Shown here in pieces: positions 37,606 to 47,310 of a DNA stretch of 64,000 nt (its first letter is position 1; each line of letters starts with the position of its first letter). A model generated the notes under the pieces. The model was not told the DNA's origin, searched no databases, and was given only the letters and a program-made list of their open reading frames with translations. This stretch comes from an uncultured Alphaproteobacteria bacterium (GTDB lineage Bacteria > Pseudomonadota > Alphaproteobacteria > CAAHEQ01 > UBA3637). Location: contig CALXZG010000002.1 of assembly GCA_944393195.1 (NCBI GenBank), positions 33,646-97,645 on the forward strand, written 5' to 3'. A program made the position numbers and the translations under genes.

Positions 37606-38276
37606 CCCTGCCGACAGTCCTTGTCGTGGACGATGATACCCGCCTACGCCGCCTGCTTAAAAAATATCTCTCCGAAAACGGCTTTTCCGTGACGGAAGCG
37701 CCGTCGGCGGACGAAGCACTTCCTATTTTAAACCTGCTTCGTATCGACATGATCATTATGGATATGATGATGCCGGGTACCGACGGTCGCGAAATGACAA
37801 AACAATTGCGAACCATGGGTAATACAACCCCCATTCTCATGCTGACGGCTATGGGCGACACCGATAACCGGATCGGCGGTCTGGAAGCCGGCGCCGACGA
37901 TTATCTCAGCAAACCATTCGAACCGCGTGAACTGTTGCTGCGCCTCCATAATATCCTGCGTCGCAGCAAACCATCCGCCGGCATGTTGCCGATTCATTTC
38001 GGTACCTGCCTCTTCGACGGAAAAACCGGTGTCTTAACAAAAGACGGAATCGTTGTCCCCCTGACCGGTGGCGAAACCAATCTGTTACGCCTGTTGATCG
38101 ACCACGCCGACACCCCCGTCTCTCGGGAAGAACTGATGCACCAAATGCAAACCGATAACGAACGCACCGTCGATGTCCAAATGACACGCCTGCGTAAGAA
38201 AGTAGAAGCCGATGCCGCGTATCCGACCTGCATTCAAACCGTCCGTGGTCAAGGCTATATGTTGGTGACCAAATGA
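37602..38276 (+). CDS. OmpR/PhoB-family response regulator (ChvI-like)
   Basis: 224 aa. Receiver domain (VLVVDDD ... DMMMPG) plus a winged-helix C-terminus (VDVQMTRLRKK ... IQTVRGQGY). Confidence 0.9.
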   Translation: MTLPTVLVVDDDTRLRRLLKKYLSENGFSVTEAPSADEALPILNLLRIDMIIMDMMMPGTDGREMTKQLRTMGNTTPILMLTAMGDTDNRIGGLEAGADDYLSKPFEPRELLLRLHNILRRSKPSAGMLPIHFGTCLFDGKTGVLTKDGIVVPLTGGETNLLRLLIDHADTPVSREELMHQMQTDNERTVDVQMTRLRKKVEADAAYPTCIQTVRGQGYMLVTK

Positions 38277-39667
38277 CCCGTCAAGCTCCCAAAACACATA
38301 TTGTCCGTTTTGATTGGCGCTCCGTCTGGGACTGGATACGCTACGGGGAACGAATGTTACGCAAACACATTTTTCCCAAAGGCCTCCTCTTTCGTTTTAT
38401 CCTGATTATTATCCTGCCTCTGATTTTATTACAGGCGCTTGTCCTTCTCTTTTTCTATGATCGCCATTGGGATACGATCAGCCGTCGCCTCGCTTCCGAT
38501 ATCGCCGGCGAAATCGGTGCCGTCGCCGATATGATTCAATCTGCCGATATCGTTTCCCCGACGGAACAAACCGCTTTTCTCCAAGCCATGAGCCACTCCC
38601 TCGGTATGACATTCGCTTTTGAACCAGGGGCGCACATTCCCGACCATATCCCTCCCACCCAAGACAAAACCGTCCGCACCCTTGTCCGCGCCTTGAACGA
38701 AATGACGTACCCCGTCCTGATACACGAATCCGACGGTAGTCAAAAAATTGTTCGTCTTCAATTAGACAGCGGCGTTCTGACCGCCGAAATTCAACGCAAA
38801 CGGTTTTTCAGCTCGACTGTCGATGTTTTCCTCATCTGGATGATCGGCTTTTCCATCCTGCTCTTCTGGATTGCGTTCCTGTTTATGAAAAATCAGGTTC
38901 GCTCCATTGTCCGCCTGTCCCAAGCCGCCGAATCATTCGGCCGCGGTCAAATTCGTGAAGACTTTAAACCCGAAGGGGCCACCGAAGTCAAACAAGCCGG
39001 CCTTTCCTTTTTGTCCATGAAAAACCGTATTCAAAAATATGTGACGGAACGTACCACCATGCTGTCCGGCGTTTCTCATGACCTGCGTACCCCGCTGACA
39101 CGAATGAAATTGCAACTTTCCATGATGCCGGATACCGAAACCACCCGCGATTTAACGGCCGATGTCACCGAAATGGAAAATATGTTGGAAGCCTACCTTT
39201 CCTTTGCCCGTGGCGAAGGAAAAGAACAACCGGATTGCATCAACCTCAATCGCTTAGTGGAAGACTTAATCGATAAACTCCGCAAATCCGGACAAATAAT
39301 CGATTTTCATGCCGAACAGGATATCACGTTAACCTGCCGCCCGAATAACGTTTCTCGCGCCCTGATGAATCTGTTGACGAACGCCGGGCGGTACGCTGAT
39401 CGGGCCAACGTCACACTCGGTCTCTATCGCGGTATGGCGCGCATTATCGTCGATGACGACGGTCCCGGGATTCCCGCTGATAAAAGAACCACCGTCTTCC
39501 GGGCCTTTACCCGATTGGAAACATCCCGTAATACCCATACGGGCGGGATCGGCCTCGGCTTAACCATCGCCCGCGACGTGGCACTGGCTCACGGCGGTGA
39601 TATTTATCTGGAAGACAGCCCCATGGGCGGCCTCCGCGCCATTATGCTCATCCCCATCGGCACATAA
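38273..39667 (+). CDS. sensor histidine kinase (EnvZ/ChvG-like)
   Basis: 464 aa. Two TM segments, HAMP domain, H-box SHDLRTPLTR, and N, G1 and G2 boxes. Confidence 0.9.
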   Translation: MTRQAPKTHIVRFDWRSVWDWIRYGERMLRKHIFPKGLLFRFILIIILPLILLQALVLLFFYDRHWDTISRRLASDIAGEIGAVADMIQSADIVSPTEQTAFLQAMSHSLGMTFAFEPGAHIPDHIPPTQDKTVRTLVRALNEMTYPVLIHESDGSQKIVRLQLDSGVLTAEIQRKRFFSSTVDVFLIWMIGFSILLFWIAFLFMKNQVRSIVRLSQAAESFGRGQIREDFKPEGATEVKQAGLSFLSMKNRIQKYVTERTTMLSGVSHDLRTPLTRMKLQLSMMPDTETTRDLTADVTEMENMLEAYLSFARGEGKEQPDCINLNRLVEDLIDKLRKSGQIIDFHAEQDITLTCRPNNVSRALMNLLTNAGRYADRANVTLGLYRGMARIIVDDDGPGIPADKRTTVFRAFTRLETSRNTHTGGIGLGLTIARDVALAHGGDIYLEDSPMGGLRAIMLIPIGT

Positions 39668-39689
39668 CACCTTCTCCCCGTATTATAAT

Positions 39690-39762
39690 CCTGTCATCCT
39701 TGCGAAAGCGAGGATCTCTTAACATTAAAAACGCGTCATTCTCGTATAGGCGGGAATTTTTT
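39690..39762. repeat. two palindromic GTCAT-type mini-repeats
   Basis: gtcatccttgcgaaagcgaggat and gtcattctcgtataggcgggaat. They belong to the same family as the repeats around the pilin-like loci. Confidence 0.7.
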
Positions 39763-39824
39763 GACGCCTCCCCTTCCCCTTGACACACCCCATATTGACC
39801 TTTATATATTCCGCAAGGGGGAAA

Positions 39825-40064
39825 ATGATGAAACAATCATCCGATCATCGATGGACACTCAAAGATAAACTGGATATGGCCGAAGCCATTTGCACCATCA
39901 TCGTCACAATCATGGCATTATGGGGAACTATTGCCGCCTATCGTAGCCACCTGTTCCATAAGGCCAGCCGCCTTATCGACCATTACCACGCCGAAATCGC
40001 CAAAGTCGAAACCGAATTGTCCGCCAAAGAAAAAACAATACCTGTTTTGCCCAAAACCTTGTGA
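39825..40064 (+). CDS. hypothetical small membrane protein
   Basis: 79 aa from ATG 39825 after AAGGGGGAA. One hydrophobic helix. Confidence 0.45.
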   Translation: MMKQSSDHRWTLKDKLDMAEAICTIIVTIMALWGTIAAYRSHLFHKASRLIDHYHAEIAKVETELSAKEKTIPVLPKTL

Positions 40065-40140
40065 CCGTCCCTGTTTTTTTTAGTTGATTTTTACGCCGTT
40101 TCTGGTACAATAGGGCATTATTTAACCGGAAAGGATACAC

Positions 40141-40701
40141 ATGGAATACGCACAAATTAAAGCTGATATGTTGGCTCATATGGCCAAAACGGAAGAAGCA
40201 TTGAAAAAAGATTTTGCCGGCCTCAGGACGGGTCGTGCGACAACTGCTTTGCTCGACGGTATTATGGTCGACGCTTACGGTTCACTCGTTCCTTTGAATC
40301 AGGTCGGGAACGCCTCCGTGCCGGAAGCCCGCATGCTGTCGGTTCAGGTTTGGGATAAGAATTTGTTGAAAACGGTTGAAAAAGCCATTCGCGATGCCGG
40401 TCTGGGTTTAAACCCGATGAATGACGGGCAAATGATTCGCATTCCCATTCCCCCATTGTCCGAGGAACGCCGTCTGGAACTCGTGAAGATCGCCGGTAAA
40501 TATACCGAAACGGCGCGTGTTTCCGCGCGCAACGTCCGCCGGGAAGCCTTGGACGAAGTTAAAAAGTTAAAACAAGCAAACGAAATTTCGGAAGACGATC
40601 AAAAACGATTCGAAACCGAAATTCAGGACGCAACGGATAAAACCATCGCCGTTCTGGACGATATGTTAAAGAATAAAGAAGCTGAAATTAAACAAGTATA
40701 A
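40141..40701 (+). CDS. frr: ribosome recycling factor
   Basis: 186 aa with a canonical RRF sequence. Confidence 0.95.
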   Translation: MEYAQIKADMLAHMAKTEEALKKDFAGLRTGRATTALLDGIMVDAYGSLVPLNQVGNASVPEARMLSVQVWDKNLLKTVEKAIRDAGLGLNPMNDGQMIRIPIPPLSEERRLELVKIAGKYTETARVSARNVRREALDEVKKLKQANEISEDDQKRFETEIQDATDKTIAVLDDMLKNKEAEIKQV

Positions 40702-41420
40702 TGACGACACAAGAACAAAATCTGCCCGTCCATATCGGTATTATTATGGACGGAAACGGTCGCTGGGCGACCAATCAAGGCCTGCCGCGCAGTGCCGGCC
40801 ATAAAAAAGGCGCTGAAAATATCGGTCCTATTTTGGAACACGCCCGCGCCCGCGGGATAAAGGTCGTTACTCTGTATGCCTTTTCATCGGATAATTGGAA
40901 ACGCCCGAAAGCCGAAGTTGACACCCTGATGGGGTTGTTCCGCCGGTATATGAATGAAGATATTAAACAGTTACAGGAAAAACACGTCCGTATTTCCTTT
41001 ATCGGTGATCGGGAACGCTTTGAACCCGATATGATTAAACGGATGAACGAAATCGAACGGGATACCGCCGCGTTTGACGATTTCCATGTATTGCTGGCGC
41101 TCAGCTACGGCGGCCGGGAAGACTTGATTGCCGCCATCAAAAAAATAGCCATTGATGTCTTGGATCGCAAATATCTGATTTCCAATATTGACGAACACAA
41201 AGTCCATAACGCCTTGTCCACCCATGCGGTTCCCTACCCCGATTTAGTGATTCGGACAAGCGGTGAACAACGGATTAGTAATTTCCTGTTGTGGGAAATC
41301 GCTTTTGCCGAACTGTACTTTACACCGATTTATTGGCCGGATTTCAACGAACACGATTTAGACGACGCGATAGAAGCTTACGGCCGCCGCCACCGGCGCT
41401 TCGGCAACGTTACTCCCTAA
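40701..41420 (+). CDS. uppS: undecaprenyl diphosphate synthase
   Basis: 239 aa. Contains the HIGIIMDGNGRWA motif. Confidence 0.95.
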   Translation: MTTQEQNLPVHIGIIMDGNGRWATNQGLPRSAGHKKGAENIGPILEHARARGIKVVTLYAFSSDNWKRPKAEVDTLMGLFRRYMNEDIKQLQEKHVRISFIGDRERFEPDMIKRMNEIERDTAAFDDFHVLLALSYGGREDLIAAIKKIAIDVLDRKYLISNIDEHKVHNALSTHAVPYPDLVIRTSGEQRISNFLLWEIAFAELYFTPIYWPDFNEHDLDDAIEAYGRRHRRFGNVTP

Positions 41421-41490
41421 AAAGTCGCCTTTTATAAATCTACGTCATCCCCGCACAAGCGGGGATTTTTTAATATTAAAAACCGAAAAC

Positions 41491-42357
41491 TCATCGACAG
41501 AGGGCAAATAGTAGTAGTCGACGTCCCAAACGGTTGAACCCGATCGCACCTGAACTACTACCCTGTATATAATACGAACTACATCCACTCAACTTCGTAC
41601 TTGTCCAATAAGGCTTACCTGTCGTGTGTGCCCATCCCGAACAGCTACCATAATAACTGTTTGCCTTAGCCGCCGCCAATTCTTCCGCCGTACACCCGTC
41701 CGTTAGCGGTGCTAAACTCTTCCCAAGTGCTTGACAGAAGTTCTCTGCTGCATGATAGGACATAGATCCTGTTGATGTTGTGCATGTTGTTCCGTTAATC
41801 TCTACTGTTGCAGTACTCATATTTGTGCACGTCCCAATCACCACATCACAACTATAAGTATTTTTACAATATTGATTATCCCCCGTACAATCATCATTTG
41901 TCATACATTTATTTGTTCCTAATGCGGATACACAGGTACCTATACCGGAACTATATTGACACTTCTCGTCTTTTCCACAACATTTGTCACCGCATGTAAC
42001 GCCATCCGGACAATAGACGCAATAACGAGGATCGTATCCCCCGATTTGAGCACCTGTACATCTCTCACATGTATCCTCTATATCTCCCGTATGCGTTTCG
42101 ACTGGATTTCCTTCTGTTGGACAAGCAATACAGGACGAAGACGCATATTTATTATAAAACTCACCTTCTTCACATTCCGGATAAAAATCTGTCACACATT
42201 CCCCTGTTGATAATCGATATTCATTCTCCCCACACTCTTGTTCTTCCGACTCACCATCTCCATCCCCTGAAATTTGGGAGCCGACCAACGCATTATGGAA
42301 AGCAAATAATATCTCGTTATCCTCTTGCTTTGTTTTCCCTTTTATGATACACAACAT
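41491..42357 (-). pseudogene. 5'-truncated member of the pilin-like/Cys-rich/lectin-like family (candidate silent cassette)
   Basis: The ORF begins inside the family 5' module. It joins the family alignment at EILFAFHNAL (EMLFAFANTL in the intact genes). It therefore lacks the RBS, the prepilin leader and the whole N-domain. The Cys-rich and YHAAENFC...ALCR parts are intact. Confidence 0.7.
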
Positions 42358-42596
42358 CTATAACAAAAAAATGTACATTAAATTGTTACACTTCATTTGA
42401 CATCTGTTTGATTAATAATCTATATGTGAACTTCCCCAAAATCAAAAAAAGTAAAATAGGGATAGATTCGCGGACTAATGCCGTGAATAATGTTTTTGTG
42501 TGGTGATATGTAAAAACGCCCTGTTATCACAAAAACTTTCCTGCCCGACAAAAAAGCGTCCCGAAACGGAACGCTTTCTTAACATATCGGCTACGT
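42358..42596 (-). promoter_or_regulatory. family 5' module including the recA terminator; inverted copy of 58005-58346
   Basis: The reverse complement aligns with the region downstream of rpsT apart from a roughly 110-nt repeat insertion there. It contains the palindromic site gtgtaacaatttaatgtacatttttttgttatag (42358-42391). Confidence 0.75.
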
Positions 42597-43631
42597 CTAT
42601 TCGCCATCCGCCGGTACGCCCTCATCATTATCCAACATTTGTTGTGATAAATCCTTGGCATCGTTGCGAATAATTGCCTCAACTTCATCGGCCATAGCCG
42701 GATGCGCCTTTAAATAAGCCCGCGCCGTTTCTCGCCCTTGCCCGATTCGCTCCCCACGGCAAGAAAACCAAGCACCGGCCTTTTCCACAACGCCTGCTTT
42801 AATCCCTAAATCCAACAATTCACCGGTTTTGGAAATTCCTTCACCGTACAGGATATCAAAGTCAACCGTTTTAAACGGCGGTGCAACCTTATTCTTAACA
42901 ATTTTAACCCGCGTCTGATTCCCGATCGTATTGTCCCGATCCTTAATAGCCCCGATCCGCCGAATATCCAATCGAACGGAAGCATAGAATTTTAACGCAT
43001 TACCGCCCGTCGTTGTTTCCGGACTACCGAACATAACCCCTAATTTCATCCGAATCTGATTGATGAAAATGACCAAGGTATTCGCACGCGCCACCGACGC
43101 CGTAATTTTACGCAAAGCCTGACTCATCAGCCGCGCCTGTAACCCCATGTGAGAATCCCCCATTTCGCCTTCCAATTCGGCTTTCGGAACCAACGCCGCC
43201 ACCGAATCCACAACCAAAACATCCAACGTTCCCGACCGTACTAACGTATCCGCGATTTCCAACGCCTGTTCCCCCGTATCCGGCTGAGAAATCAATAAAT
43301 CATCAATCTTAACCCCCAACTTTTTGGCATACGACGGATCCATGGCATGTTCAGCATCGATATAAGCACATACCCCGCCTTTTTTCTGAGCCTCTGCCAC
43401 CACATGCAAAGCCAACGTTGTTTTTCCCGAGCTTTCCGGCCCATAGATTTCCACAATCCGTCCGCGTGGCAGACCACCGATCCCCAAAGCCATATCCAAC
43501 CCCAAAGATCCCGTTGAAATAGCCGGAATTTCCATCGCGTTTTCCTGTTGCCCCAAGCGCATAATGGATCCCTTGCCAAACGCCCGTTCAATCTGTGCCA
43601 AAGCGGCTTCAAGTGCTTTTTCTTTTTCCAT
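42597..43631 (-). CDS. recA: recombinase RecA
   Basis: 344 aa. Contains Walker [10 protein letters not shown] and canonical RecA sequence throughout. Confidence 0.98.
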   Translation of the reverse strand: MEKEKALEAALAQIERAFGKGSIMRLGQQENAMEIPAISTGSLGLDMALGIGGLPRGRIVEIYGPESSGKTTLALHVVAEAQKKGGVCAYIDAEHAMDPSYAKKLGVKIDDLLISQPDTGEQALEIADTLVRSGTLDVLVVDSVAALVPKAELEGEMGDSHMGLQARLMSQALRKITASVARANTLVIFINQIRMKLGVMFGSPETTTGGNALKFYASVRLDIRRIGAIKDRDNTIGNQTRVKIVKNKVAPPFKTVDFDILYGEGISKTGELLDLGIKAGVVEKAGAWFSCRGERIGQGRETARAYLKAHPAMADEVEAIIRNDAKDLSQQMLDNDEGVPADGE

Positions 43632-43636
43632 GTTTT

Positions 43637-43651
43637 GTTCCTCTTTTGTTC
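43637..43651. promoter_or_regulatory. GTTC-N7-GTTC motif (alphaproteobacterial LexA-box form) just upstream of recA
   Basis: gttcctcttttgttc, which reads GAAC-N7-GAAC on the recA strand. It lies 6-20 nt before the start codon and overlaps the RBS, which is an atypical position. Confidence 0.35.
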
Positions 43652-43778
43652 GTTTTTGGTAAGGTCACTATATCTTATTTTTTTACCCGACGCAACTTCT
43701 TTTTACATTAGACGATTCAAAAAATTAAAAAGCCCTTTTTCTGTAACGAAATAACCCCCGAAAAACAAAAGCGGACGC

Positions 43779-44372
43779 TTAACGCCCGCTTAAAAAATCA
43801 ACCAATTGACACATGGCTCGCGCTCGATGGGATATTCGGTTTTTAACCGCTTCATCCAAAGCGCCGAACGACGCGTCATACCCTGTCGGCACAAAAATCG
43901 GATCATAGCCGAATAAATGCGTTCCCGTCGCCGTTCGGGCAATGGTACCATCCACCCGACCGGTGAACACATGCTCCGCTCCATCTTCGGTCACCAAAGC
44001 CAAACAACACATAAAATATGCCGACCGATCCGGATTATCCCCGATTAACCGTTGCACAACATCAAACACGGCCGGATACCCGCCATGCTCCGACGCAAAC
44101 CGTGCCGACCGAATCCCCGGCGCATCCCCCATCGCCGCAATACATAATCCGGAATCATCCGCCAACGTGGGCATTCCCGTCTGTTGAAAGCCGGCCCGCG
44201 CCTTAATTAAGGCATTTTCCGCAAAAGTCGTCCCGTTTTCAGGTACATCAACCAACCCGGCCTCTCCCCCGCCGATAACCGTGATACCCAAAGGTGCCAA
44301 CATTGCCCGCACCTCGGCCAACTTATGCGCATTTTGTGTCGCCAACACCAACCGACTAAGCATGCGCCGCAT
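43779..44372 (-). CDS. rdgB: non-canonical purine NTP pyrophosphatase (RdgB/HAM1)
   Basis: 197 aa. Contains [13 protein letters not shown] and the rph-rdgB order. Confidence 0.9.
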   Translation of the reverse strand: MRRMLSRLVLATQNAHKLAEVRAMLAPLGITVIGGGEAGLVDVPENGTTFAENALIKARAGFQQTGMPTLADDSGLCIAAMGDAPGIRSARFASEHGGYPAVFDVVQRLIGDNPDRSAYFMCCLALVTEDGAEHVFTGRVDGTIARTATGTHLFGYDPIFVPTGYDASFGALDEAVKNRISHRARAMCQLVDFLSGR

Positions 44373-45084
44373 CCACCAAAGCCGATTTTTGGATCTGAAT
44401 CAACGTTCCGATTCCCTTTTGCGCCAAAGCCAACAAAGCCGTCAATTCCGCCGGTGAAAAAGGCGCATGCTCGGCGGTTCCTTGAACTTCAATCAGATTG
44501 CCATGCCCGTTCATAACAAAATTAGCATCCGTTCCGGCGTTTGAATCCTCCACATAGTCCAAATCCAAAACCGGCACACCCTGTACCACACCACATGAAA
44601 CCGCCGCCACAAAATCCGTAATCGGTAAAGTGGCCCAAGCCTTTTTCGCCCCCACCTTTTGTAAAGCCAAATATAAAGCCACAAAACCACCTGTCACCGA
44701 CGCAGTCCGTGTTCCGCCGTCCGCTTGAATCACATCACAATCAATCTTGACCGTCATACCGTCCAAAGCCCGTAAATCGACACAAGCCCGCAACGCCCGC
44801 GCAATTAAGCGCTGAATTTCCTGCGTCCGCCCCTGCTGCCCTTTTTTAGCCTCCCGCTCCATGCGCGTTCCGGTTGATCGCGGCAACATACCATACTCTG
44901 CCGTCACCCACCCTTGCCCGGTACCCTTCACCCACAAAGGCACCTTTTCTTCTACCGAAGCCGTACACATGACATGCGTATCGCCCCATTTGATGAGGCA
45001 AGATCCCTCGGCATATTTATTGACATTTGGTATAATTTGAACAGAGCGCAATTCATTATCGGCACGTCCGGACGGTCTCGTCAT
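44356..45084 (-). CDS. rph: ribonuclease PH
   Basis: 242 aa. Contains [11 protein letters not shown] and other canonical RNase PH blocks. Confidence 0.95.
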   Translation of the reverse strand: MTRPSGRADNELRSVQIIPNVNKYAEGSCLIKWGDTHVMCTASVEEKVPLWVKGTGQGWVTAEYGMLPRSTGTRMEREAKKGQQGRTQEIQRLIARALRACVDLRALDGMTVKIDCDVIQADGGTRTASVTGGFVALYLALQKVGAKKAWATLPITDFVAAVSCGVVQGVPVLDLDYVEDSNAGTDANFVMNGHGNLIEVQGTAEHAPFSPAELTALLALAQKGIGTLIQIQKSALVDAAHA

Positions 45085-45235
45085 TTTTTTCTCCTTTTAA
45101 AAAGCTGATAAGGATTGTCATTGTATGCCTTTTCCCCCGAAAAATCAAGCATTCACTGCCGAAATCCGTAAAAAGTCTTGATTTTTATTCCGAAAGTATT
45201 TACATATATGTATATATCAATATAAGGAAACAAAA

Positions 45236-45832
45236 ATGGCAAAACATCAACATGAATCAAAGCCGGCCGCCGAAACCACGGCCGACAAAGATAAACAAAC
45301 ATCCGCGCCGACCGAAACACCGGCGCAACCCGAACCGAATCCGGCCGAGGAAATCACACACTTAACCGAAGAAGTCGCGCGTTGGAAAGACACCGCGGCC
45401 CGGGCCATGGCCGAAATGGAAAATCTCCGGAAAAGAACCCGGATTGATATCGAAAAAGCGACGCGCTACGCCAACGCTTCTTTTGCCAAAGAATTATTGC
45501 CCGTCGCCGATTGCCTGGAACGTGCCGCCGATTGCGCTCGGCAAGAGTTAGCTCAGGAAAAAGCAACCGGCAAAACCGATTGCACAACCGTTGAAAACCT
45601 ACTGACCGGCGTCGATATGACCTATAAACAATTACAGGACGCCTTGAAAAAACAAGGCATCGAACGCATGGATTGCCTTGATCGGATTTTTGATCCCAAC
45701 TTGCATAAGGTGATTCAGGAAGTCGATACCCCCGATAAACCGGCCGGAACGATTGTCCAAATTCTGCAACCGGGATACACCATCGGCGGCGATCGCGTCC
45801 TGCGCGAAGCAATGGTTGTCGTCGCGAAATAA
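45236..45832 (+). CDS. grpE: nucleotide exchange factor GrpE
   Basis: 198 aa with a GrpE coiled-coil and beta domain. A terminator lies at 45851-45877. Confidence 0.93.
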   Translation: MAKHQHESKPAAETTADKDKQTSAPTETPAQPEPNPAEEITHLTEEVARWKDTAARAMAEMENLRKRTRIDIEKATRYANASFAKELLPVADCLERAADCARQELAQEKATGKTDCTTVENLLTGVDMTYKQLQDALKKQGIERMDCLDRIFDPNLHKVIQEVDTPDKPAGTIVQILQPGYTIGGDRVLREAMVVVAK

Positions 45833-45850
45833 CCGATATCTGATGCATCA

Positions 45851-45877
45851 AGGGGGCGTTTCCGCCCCCTTTTTTTT
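45851..45877 (+). terminator. grpE rho-independent terminator
   Basis: GGGGGCG-TTTC-CGCCCCC followed by T8. Confidence 0.8.
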
Positions 45878-46280
45878 CGTCACCCCTTATTATTAGTCCA
45901 TCATCCCCTATAATTCTACGTCATCCCCGACCCCATAAGTAATCCGTCACCCCCGACTTGATCGGGGGTCTCATGACCATCTTACCCCCTTTTAAATTCC
46001 AACATCCGCTTGCCGGCGGAGACTCCCGCTGCCTTGGCGCGCGGTGTTTCATTGCCTTACGCGAAAAAACAATTCACCGGATTGTTTTTTCTTGCGCGGT
46101 ATCCTTGCGTAAGCGAGGATCTCATGACACGCACTCCATCCCTTTATAAAAAACCCGCACGGCCACCCCCCGCGGGGAAAGGCGGGGCGGCCATAATGAC
46201 CTCTTTGCCCGTGTCGGGGCTCTTAAATGCCCCGACACAAATAATTAAATAGGTAAAGGAGATATTAAAAAATCAGAACC
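45878..46280 (-). repeat. 3' flank plus repeat array of the family, inverted copy of 59742-60255
   Basis: The reverse complement is colinear with the region after gene 58482-59741: ttttttaatatctcctttacctatttaattatttgtgtcggggc, then the roughly 130-nt unit gatcctcgcttacgcaagg...ggcaagcggatgttggaat, then catgagacccccgatcaagtcggggg and GATGACGG modules. Confidence 0.8.
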
Positions 46281-46550
46281 TTAGCGACACAGGGCGTTGA
46301 CGGCGCCGCCGCTCCAACCGACAGACCCGACCGCGCCTGACCAGGGATATACATAATACGAAGCACATCCACTCAATTTTGTTGCTGTCCAATAATGGTT
46401 AGAAAGACTACTATTCAACCATCCACTACAACTACCATAATAATTATTTGCCTTAACTGTTGCTAATTCTTCCGCCGTACACCCGTCTGTCACCGATACC
46501 AAACTCTTCCCGAGGGCTTGACAGAAATTAACTGCTGCATGATACGGCAT
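46281..46550 (-). pseudogene. isolated C-terminal (lectin-like) fragment of the family
   Basis: Encodes PYHAAVNFCQALGKSLVSVTDGCTAEELATVKANNYYGSCSGW...GAVGSVGWSGGAVNALCR. Family homology stops abruptly at about 46550. Confidence 0.8.
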
Positions 46551-47090
46551 ATAATTCGTTGGTTCCGGGGGAGAGGGGAGAAGGTAATGACGAATCCGAA
46601 GTTGAAGTGTGTGAAGAGGGTGAATATCGGTTATCGACAGGAGAGTGTGTGATAGATTCACATCCGGAATGTGGTGATGGAGAGTTTTATAATAAATGGA
46701 TATCTTCTTCCTGTATTGCGTGTCCAACGGAAGGAAATCCGGTCGAAATTAGTGTATCGGATGTGGAAGATAGTTGTGAAAAATGTGCGGGGGCGCAGTA
46801 TGGTGGGTATTATCCTAATTATTGCGTCTATTGTCCATCCGGTGTTGTGTGTGGTGATCAATGTTGTGGGGAAGGACAAATGTGTCAATATAGTTCCGGT
46901 ACCTATACCTGTGTATCGGAATTAGGTGACGGCGAATGTTGGACAAATGATGATTGTGCCGGAGCCAATCAATATTGTCAAAATGGTGGAAGTTGTGAAG
47001 TGACGATTGGGACGTGTGAAACGATCAGTAGTACAGCTGTGATAATTAACGGAAAAGAGTATACGGCTTCAACGGATTATGTATCTTACC
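46551..47090 (+). pseudogene. isolated middle (Cys-rich) fragment of the family on the opposite strand
   Basis: Encodes NSLVPGERGEGNDESEVEVCEEGEYRLSTGECV...EYTASTDYVSYQAA. It abuts the minus-strand C-terminal fragment head-to-head at 46550/46551. It ends at the YHAA-equivalent point, where it joins a repeat unit through the shared string ggcagcgg. Confidence 0.8.
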
Positions 47091-47232
47091 AGGCAGCGGG
47101 AGTCGCCGCCGGCAAGCGGATGTTGGAATTGGAATGGAGTAAGATGGTCATGAGACCCCCGATCAAGTCGGGGATGACGGATTACTTATGGGGTCGGGGA
47201 TGACGGACTAATGATAAGGGAATGGCGGAAAA
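47091..47232 (+). repeat. distal repeat block (ggcagcgggagtcgccgccggcaagcggatgttggaattgga...catgagacccccgatcaagtcggggatgacgg...)
   Basis: Same orientation as 60117-60230 and inverted relative to 45905-46025. Confidence 0.8.
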
Positions 47233-47310
47233 CAAAATGGGGATGGGGGAAGATGTGAGATAAAAAAATCCCCCGGGGAGGCCGGGGGATGGAGAAAATG
47301 ACAGAAAACG

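Noticed and set aside
45085-45235. Looked for hrcA, a CIRCE element or a sigma32 promoter upstream of grpE
   Set aside because: No TTAGCACTC-N9-GAGTGCTAA-like inverted repeat is present, and there is only a poor match to CTTGAAA/CCCCAT. hrcA is simply absent from this position.
45958-46252. ORFs 45958-46149 and 46010-46252, with their mirror images 59950-60141, 59987-60190 and 60210-60452, and also 58072-58284
   Set aside because: They are translations of the interspersed repeat array. The same sequences occur in both orientations, have no RBS, and give repeat-derived peptides such as IPAQAGIF and GARCFIALREKTIHRIVFS.
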